Shown piece after piece: positions 57,062 to 64,000 of a stretch of 64,000 nt of DNA. The notes beneath the pieces were generated by a model. The model worked only from the letters and a program-made list of their open reading frames with translations, was not told where the DNA came from and did no database searches. Position 1 is the first letter of the stretch; every line of letters begins with the position of its first letter. A program made the position numbers and the translations under genes. Origin of the DNA: Caecitellus pseudoparvulus (Eukaryota; Protista; Bigyra: Bicosoecida); assembly GCA_965644315.1 (NCBI GenBank), contig CBFFRQ010000068.1, positions 682,001 through 746,000 on the forward strand, written 5' to 3'.

Positions 57062-58199
57062 GGCGCCGCACGCGGGTCGCCATGCAGCTGTTGAACAAAC
57101 AGACCCAAAGGGAGACAGGCAGGCTGCAGTCTGTTCAATCTTCGTCGATTCCCCTGCGCCACGCATCTGGTCGGCTGCAACATCGCACTTTTCCAGCCGC
57201 ACCGTCAGCTTTCAACACCAAACGCAGATGCACACATTGCTAGCAAGCAACGGGCAGTGGCGGGGCGGCCCCTCTTCCCCAGGCGAAGTCACATACTGTC
57301 TCGTAAAGGAGTCCCCTCTTCGATGTCCATACTCGGTTGCGCACGAAAGGCCAGCCTCGCGGTGTGTGTGTCCACTACACTCAGGTCGAAGCTCGCCCCC
57401 TGTTTTGAGCATATGTCCAGCCAAAAGGCTGGTACTTGTGCCAGGCCAGGTGTCTTTGGAAGTGAGACGGGGCGCGTACAGGTGTGACTCTTGAGCTCGC
57501 GGGTTGCGATTGAAATGTGACCGTGAAATTCGAGGGCACGGCGAAGCTGGATGTCCAAGTGGCAACAGGCGGAGTTTCAGTGGAAATGCCATGAGCTTGC
57601 GCAGGGAATCTGGACTTGAGAGGAGCACCCAAGAAGGCCCTTCCATGTTGAAGCAACACAAGCCTTTGACCATGTCACCAGGAGTGTTTATCGGCTTGGC
57701 AGTCAGGCCCACCTTCCTCGAAACAGTTGCCATTGCTTCGTCGACAGCGACACGAAGCCTGGCCGCAAGTCACGACAGGAAGTGCCTTACAAGCACAACA
57801 GAATCAGTCATATACTTTGCTATTTGATCGGTTTGATGGCTGAAGTGCCTGCAAGGATCTGTGCCTCAAGGCGCTCTCCAGTGCGGCGCGATAGCTTCGC
57901 TGCCCCTGGCTTCCCCCTCCCGCCTCTTTTCACTGCAAACAAGCAGATCTACACATGATGGCGACATGCAGCATGTCACAAAAACAGAAGCAGCGTCAAA
58001 GTGTGCGTCCAGGCTTCGGCCGAAGGAAGAGCTCTGCAGTTGCCACGCCTGGGTAGGTGGCCGGAACGTATGCCAGCACAAGGGATTCGGCGACCAGCAA
58101 GCGGACGGGTCTTCTGTGACATACCAGCGTGAGGCGGTGTAGCCCGAACTCGGGATCGCTGTGGGAGCAAGGCATATCCCTGGACTGGTTCGGGCTGGA

Positions 58200-60000
58200 T
58201 CAACCCTGTGTGCCCCCCAGGACGTTGCTGAGGGCGTCAAGGGTGAACTGTTCCTGGGCAACGTGAAGGAGCCCACTGGATAGCACTGCAAGCAGCCGCT
58301 CGCCAGCTTGTTGTAAGAGGGCTGCTTCTTCGTTGCGTAGCTGTTGTGCCAGGTCGGCGCGGACAACGGACGCGTCGCCACGCATAGTCGCAAGCGCTGT
58401 TTGGCTGCCGGTGACGCGAGCAGACAGCTCGGCTCGCAGCAGCTCACAGGCAGCAACTTCCACTCGTGGGGGGACATTGATGGTACCGTGGGCAGGGGGC
58501 AGGAAGCTCATCACTTCGTTGAGGCCGGCTCGGTGCGCGGGATGCGCAGCGCTGGCCCGCTGCATGAACTTCTTCGTGGAGACACGCATTCGCCGTTGGG
58601 CAGCGGAGTTGAGTTCACCCAACGTTGGCAGGAGAAGCTTCTCAGCACAGTAAGGTGCCACGATACTTCCAGGGCCAGCATTTATGCTGAGCAGGAGGGC
58701 TAGACCTGGCCCTGTGAGATCACGCGGTTCAAGGCTCAGCACACGGGCCACGTTGAGCAGGGAAGTGCTCACGCGACCCCCTGCACTGACTTGCTCAGCT
58801 CCGTGCTGCTTGCTTTCTCTCAACTGTGCCAGCAGGGTTGATCGAATGGCGAGAGCCTGTTCTGCGAGCATCGTCGTGCTCATGTGTTCCTCCAGGGGCT
58901 TCCAAGGGAGCAGGTGCCCGCCGTGTGCCAAGTGCACAGGCACGCTGTTGTGGGGGTTCTTGGGCAGCACAAAGCCGAAAGTTGTCAACAGCTGCGCGTT
59001 GTTTAGGTTCTGTGCAGAGGCTCGAAGTGGAGCAGGTGTAGCATCCTTGCCTGTCGGGCAGGGAACGGCGCACTTCTCTGCCCGGGTGGCGCGCGTCAAA
59101 CTCACGGCATACTGGTTGAATACCTCCATTCCAGCTCTCGGGTAGCCTTGGTGCGTGACGACATCCAGTGCCCCATGAGTCGCAGGACTGCCTACCCGCC
59201 AGCCCACAGCAGCAGTGGGGCTGTGGTTCATGAGGTCTGCCCCTGGCGCCAGGAAAGGCTTGTCATGCAGGTAGTGCCCTGGGTTCTTGGGTTTGAGCAC
59301 TCGCAGGGACCTTGACTCAGCTATGGTCACAGCCCATTTGAGACTTTCCATCGAGTGCGAAGAAATGCGTTCATCGCTGCAAGCACGGACTGCATCAACG
59401 AATGCATGAAATCGCTGCCGCTTTTGCTGTGCCAGGAAGCTGGCCTGAGTTCCACTTAGATTGTCCAAGTCCTCGCTTGTGAAGTACCTGTGAAAGTTGA
59501 AGCCACCGCTAACATGGTAATCATGGAGTGTGGGCTGAGCACGTGGCACGTGCTGCTCACAGCGCAGTTGGGAAGGGGGCTTGAGGGAGAATGCCCAGGT
59601 ATTCCTTGTAGCGCTGCTGTGCCTCTTCGCTCTGCTGGACGCCCAGCAGGTGCAGCGCAAGCCGCTGCATTGGCGTAAAGGTAGCGGCACATGGCATGTC
59701 TTCAGGAGCATGAATCAGCAAGGCCTCTGGGACAGACACAAGCGAATGTCCTTTGGGCACTCGCCCGCGTGTTATTAGGCGCAGTCCTCGCGGGCCTGTC
59801 CAGAGAGCGTCACCGGCTTCTGCTGCGATGCGCACGTTTCGGTGCAGGCGCCCGCCACGGGCCTTGAACCAGGCTTCGAAGGCTTTGGAGGCCTGCCGCC
59901 GCTCCCCCATGCGTGTGCTGCTTTCTTGCACAGCTGGGTGGGCCAAGGGGCTGGCTGCCAGCAAGGCCAAGAGCCCCCATGCAAGGCTGTGTTTGAACAT
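58200..60000 (-). CDS. SET-domain methyltransferase, Rubisco LSMT/SETD3-like, with predicted signal peptide; introns 59488-59560 and 59010-59105
   Basis: FEAWFKARGG, RGLRL, LVSVPEALLI, YKEYLGILP, KWAVTIAESRS, LAPGADLMNHSP and GMEVFNQYA|NLNNAQLLTTFGFV. Confidence 0.85.
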
Positions 60001-60570
60001 GCTATTGCGAATTCCGCACCAACACCAGTCCGCGCCGCAGCAAGGACACAAACCCACCAGACTCCGGCTTTGCATGAACGGGGTGTGAAGGAAACTCCTT
60101 GCGATCGCGTTGCTTGTATTGGGAGTGTGAGTCACCGATCGGAATGTACAGAAGGAACGCGATTGCTCACCCTACAATCGCCACAACTGCTCATCTTCAC
60201 GACTTGCTGCGCCCAGCGACACACCCTGCACTTCCTTCATTGTGCAGTCGTCGGAATGCACCTGCTCCGTCGTTATTCGCAGGAGGGACCAAATCTGCTG
60301 AACACCACGGCCAGCTCCAAGCACCATCCAAACTTCCGCCTGGATGACACGCAAAGCAGTGCGGGACACGCGCACCGTGCGCCCCGCCCCAAATTCTGCA
60401 GCCGGAACTCTACCATTTCAAGGGCTATGGGAGCCCCGACGTTGCCACCCGATGTCTTCACGAGCACACTGGCAGCCACACTTGTGCAAGCGTCGCACCC
60501 CCTCGGGCCACGCCTGCCCCAGTGCCGGGGCACCCTCTTCAGGGCATGACCTTCTGCACTTGCCTACACC

Positions 60571-62079
60571 ATGTCTGGCAATAGGCGTCGCCAGCAGGGG
60601 CCTCGTGGCATGCACTGGTGCGAGTACTGCCGGACGTGGATCCAGCCAGATGCGAAAGTGAGACCAGAGCATGTCCAAGCACTCGGAAGCCCGGCACTCC
60701 CGCACCACTCTTAACGCAGTCCATCCGCCTGCACGAACAAGGGGGGCGGCACAAGCAGGCAGTGGCGACCTTTCTCCAGGATGAGCGGAAGCGGAAGCAC
60801 GAGGCTGCCAGCCAGGCAAGGAATGTTGCTGCGGAATTAGCTGCCATGGAGCAGGTGCGTCTACACCTCCTGGCCAGTGCCGGCTTGTCGTGGGTGTGCC
60901 GCTCCATGCCTGCCCCCACCACTCATGTGCTTTCTTTTTCCACAGGCCGCCAAGGCACGAATAGCACAAGACCGCATTGCTGTTTTCGGAGCGATCCCCC
61001 CTCCTCCGCCTGGACAGCCCCAGGAAGAGCAACAGTCGTGGACGCCTGGCCCTCCACCACCCCCCCCTCCGGAGGCCCCCCCAGCGTCTGCGTTCTACTC
61101 TGAGTCCACCCTTGCCTTGCTGGGCCGCTGGCTTCTCTCAGCACCACCTGCCCGGGCGCCCGCACACGGCACAGCAGCTGCGCCCCCTCCCACGTCCGAG
61201 CACGCGCAGTCGATGGCGAGGACTGAGGCTCCCGATGATGCATTGGACACCTTCGACATGGAACGTGAGTGGTGGCAAGCCCCGGGTGAATACGTCGTGG
61301 ATGGTACGGTGTTCCGGGAGGGGCCGGTGGCCCACGCCCACGGCGCGCTGCAGCCGGGCTCGTCTGTCCAGGTTGCGCTGGCAGACGGAGGCGCAGCGGA
61401 GGAGTGGAGAGATGGAGAACTGGAAGCTGTCGTGGACGTGCAGGTGCCGAACACAGACGTCGTGCTTGTGAGAGCCAACGTGGTATTGGAAGGCGCACGT
61501 GGCAGCACAGCCTTTGCATTGGATGCCGTGCGCCAACGCATCGGCCCCCTGCAGTCAGTCATTGCTGAACGCCAAGCAGAGGCTGCCCAACAACAACAAC
61601 CGGCTGCGCCAAGTGTGCCTGCAGGCCCCCGGGGCATTGATGCGCTCTTCGCAGACTCATGGCAGACGGTGACGGTGCAGGCAGTGGATGCGGAGGCGGA
61701 GGCGGCGGCGGCAGCCAGCACTGCGGCACACCTCAGCAGCCTGGATGCATACGCTGCAGGGGACGAGACAGCCTTGGAGGGGGCGGCACAAGTGCATGGC
61801 TCGGAAGGCGGCCAGGCACCAGCGCCAGGGCCGGCGGCTGCAGACGCCAGCGCTGCCATCGGCGAGCACGGTGCGGAAGACTCCCTCGCAGCGTTCGCGC
61901 CGCACAGCACCAGCGGCACTGTAGTGTACAAAGGTGTTGTGCTTGAAGCCGGCACCAGTGCTGGCCCGCAAGTCCCTGTGAGCGAGCCTGCCGCAGTGCC
62001 TGCCGTGTTTAAGGCTCGCTCAGGGGGCGGCTCCGGGCGGCGTCGCGGAAAGAAGCGCCGCACGGCGCTCGAGGACTGA
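60571..62079 (+). CDS. WBP4/FBP21-like protein with U1C-type zinc finger; introns 60658-60719 and 60855-60945
   Basis: Spliced HWCEYCRTWIQPDAKSIRLHEQGGRHKQAV...ELAAMEQAAKA, plus a C-terminal W.TV, VFKAR..KKRR tail. Confidence 0.75.
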
Positions 62080-62093
62080 CCAGGCGGCTGCTA

Positions 62094-62719
62094 TCACTTT
62101 GCCTTAGTGGGCGCGTGCTGCAGGATGCAGGACTGCAGCGCCCCAGCCTCTGTACCGCACACAGTGGGGTCGCGCGCTGGCGGCAGCTGCAGCTGTGCCT
62201 CGTGCAGGCCAGCCTCCCAACGGCATGTGCCGTACTTGCCCAGCTGTCCCTCACATGCGTCCAGGGCCCCTGGAATCAGTGCCTTCCTGTAACAGCGGCG
62301 TGGGTGTGGAGCCGTCGCGTGCCTGGCAAATGCAGCTGCGGTGTGGAGCGGGGACGCAACTCACCATTTCGCCACGCACGCGTCCACCTCGCGGCTCTCC
62401 TTTGCACATGAGGCTTCCCCAGCCCCGATACCTGCATTTGCTGTGCAGCTCTTGAGTTGATCCCACGGGGTTTGGCACAGAACAGATGGCTGCACACTCA
62501 GCCTGTGGGGGGGAAGGTCCCGCTAGGCGTGGTGGAGCGCGTTGCGACATGAAACGCCAGCGCCACTCACCCAAACCTCGCTGGCGGAGCACTGCTGGAC
62601 GAAGGTGGCGGCCCGTAAACGTAGTCCGCAATGGGAACGAAGTATGAAGCAATGCAGGCAGCAATGAGCAGCCCCCACAGAGCAAACTTGGCTGCATCGC
62701 ACCGAGAGGAGGTCGCCAT
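62094..62719 (-). CDS. 159-aa protein with an N-terminal TM helix and four CX9C motifs; exons 62719-62571, 62502-62365 and 62286-62094
   Basis: Introns of 68 and 78 nt give CQTPWDQLKSC, CAKESREVDAC, CEGQLGKYGTC and CGTEAGALQSC after FALWGLLIAACIASYFV. Confidence 0.75.
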
Positions 62720-62861
62720 GCTGCGTCGAGGCCAAAGCTGTTTCAGCGCAGCACAAGCCACGAAGTCGCACTGAATATGTGCCCGAAGCTTGCACCATGA
62801 TCCGCCCCATGGAGCCACGTCAAGATGTGTATTTTGCCTTTCTCAAGCCCCTTCCAGGCCA

Positions 62862-64000
62862 TTAGTCGGGGGTGTCGAGGAAGGTCATGCCTCCGTGCGG
62901 CACTCCGTCGTAAACGCCGCCCACTGGCTGCCCATCATCGCTGGAGTCACCTGCTGCTGTGGCAGCTGCCGTGAGGGCCGCCATGTTTTCCTGGCCCAGC
63001 ACCGGCACTTGCCACTCCTTCATCAAGTGCTCGAACCTGTCCAGGGCCAGTTGGCACCTCAGCGCGTCTGGCAAGCCGAGGGCCGCTTCAGCCTCAGACA
63101 CGGCAAGGAAGCCGAGCTGCGGCTCCAGGCTCTGCACCGCGGCCGAAATGGAGGACGCGTCCTCGGGGGTCAAGGACGCAGGGCCTGTCGGCATGCCGGC
63201 AGGCGGGCGGAACACCTGAGCAGTCTTGCGCTGCATGTAGGTGCGGAGGAACACCTCCACAAAGCTCCGCGACGCTGCGTTGCGTGCCAGCGCATAGGCC
63301 AGGGGGGGGTGAGACATGGCCAGGTGCAGCGTGTGCACCAGCACCTCCAGTGAGAAAGACGGGTACCGTGTGGCAAACTCCCGGGCGTGGGCCACGAGCC
63401 CGTCCTTGTGGCCCGCAGCAGCGAAATTGCTCTCCCACACCTCTGCGTCGTCCACCCAGTGCGTCTTCTCACTGCCCTCCACCATCGCACCCTCTGGAAG
63501 GCTGCCTTCGTCCGTCACGCGCACAGTGTCCGTGTCGTCGGCCGCGGCGTACAGGGGAACGCCCAGCAGCACAGTCTGGGCCCGCCGGTGCGACATCCAC
63601 TCCGGGGAGTTCAGCGCCAGCATTTGGCGCAGGACGACGAAGAGCCTGCGCACAGCGGGGGTTTCCGCCTCCTGGATGGCTTTGCTCAGCACCTTCTCGA
63701 CGCGCAGGCTCAAGCTCGGGTGGTCTGTGCACAGGTGCCAGGCGCACTCGCCCACTGCGGTGCGGTTGTGGGCGCCATTCAGCGCCTTGCTCCACAGCTT
63801 CTCAGTTTGCACAGCCTTCAAAAAGTCAGACGTCCCAGGGAAGGGCATGAGTGGCAGGGCCTCCTCGTCAGCTGCGAGGACGTTCTTGTGAGCCGGGTCA
63901 GCCGCCTCGCCTGCAGCCTCCTGCGCCTGTGCAGCGGCCTGCAAGCGCTCAGCATTTCCGCGGCTGGTGGAGATGGCTTCCCGGTCATACGCCTCCAGCT
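62862..64000 (-). CDS. C-terminal part of a USP9/USP24/USP34-like ubiquitin hydrolase; gene begins outside the window
   Basis: WHLCTDHPSLSLRV..AI..VRRLFVVLRQML...SHRRAQTVLLG...DGLVAHAREFATRYPSFSLEVLVHTLHL resembles the USP9X C-terminal helical region. No catalytic domain in view. Confidence 0.55.
   Translation of the reverse strand, partial: LEAYDREAISTSRGNAERLQAAAQAQEAAGEAADPAHKNVLAADEEALPLMPFPGTSDFLKAVQTEKLWSKALNGAHNRTAVGECAWHLCTDHPSLSLRVEKVLSKAIQEAETPAVRRLFVVLRQMLALNSPEWMSHRRAQTVLLGVPLYAAADDTDTVRVTDEGSLPEGAMVEGSEKTHWVDDAEVWESNFAAAGHKDGLVAHAREFATRYPSFSLEVLVHTLHLAMSHPPLAYALARNAASRSFVEVFLRTYMQRKTAQVFRPPAGMPTGPASLTPEDASSISAAVQSLEPQLGFLAVSEAEAALGLPDALRCQLALDRFEHLMKEWQVPVLGQENMAALTAAATAAGDSSDDGQPVGGVYDGVPHGGMTFLDTPD

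Noticed and set aside
51532-60500. Possible integrated virus/virophage or transposon in the lower-GC segment
   Set aside because: No integrase, RT, capsid, packaging ATPase, terminal repeats or TSDs seen; genes carry host-type introns.
1-64000. Operon-like, defence or biosynthetic gene cluster; CRISPR array; alternative genetic code
   Set aside because: Genes are functionally unrelated housekeeping loci, there is no repeat-spacer array, and conserved proteins translate cleanly with the standard code once introns are removed.

Overview
Eukaryotic nuclear DNA, not prokaryotic. It is GC-rich (about 65% by eye) and very gene-dense, with about 29 protein-coding genes in 64 kb. Introns are short GT-AG introns, mostly 62-96 nt, with donors typically GTG(A/C)G. 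IFT144 and an LRRC9-like gene indicate a flagellated protist. The style suggests a heterotrophic stramenopile-like nanoflagellate, but this is inference only. Recognisable genes are IMP4, WDR19/IFT144, an exosome RNase PH subunit, a histidine acid phosphatase, DGAT2, ADP-dependent glucokinase, SNF1/AMPKalpha, a TLC protein, POLD1, CNOT2, a P4H, UVRAG, NOL11-like, SRP68, AlaRS, RPN1, a TmcB-like membrane protein, a SET protein, a WBP4-like protein and the 3' end of a USP9/24-like gene. I found no RNA genes, mobile elements or CRISPR arrays. The most notable signals are: (1) AATGCA recurs within about 45 nt after 10 of 29 stop codons and forms the palindrome GAATGCATTC in two convergent gaps, a candidate non-canonical bidirectional 3'-end/poly(A) signal; (2) 8 of 9 convergent gene pairs have only 2-40 nt between their stops; (3) small genes the ORF track misses or fragments: an SMIM30-like micropeptide, a small-Tim-like protein with one Cys pair, and a TM-anchored four-CX9C protein; (4) a SANTA-less Mis18BP1/KNL2-like protein, an apparently dead EGLN-like fold, and a signal-peptide SET protein. 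All gene models and family calls were made by eye and are unverified.
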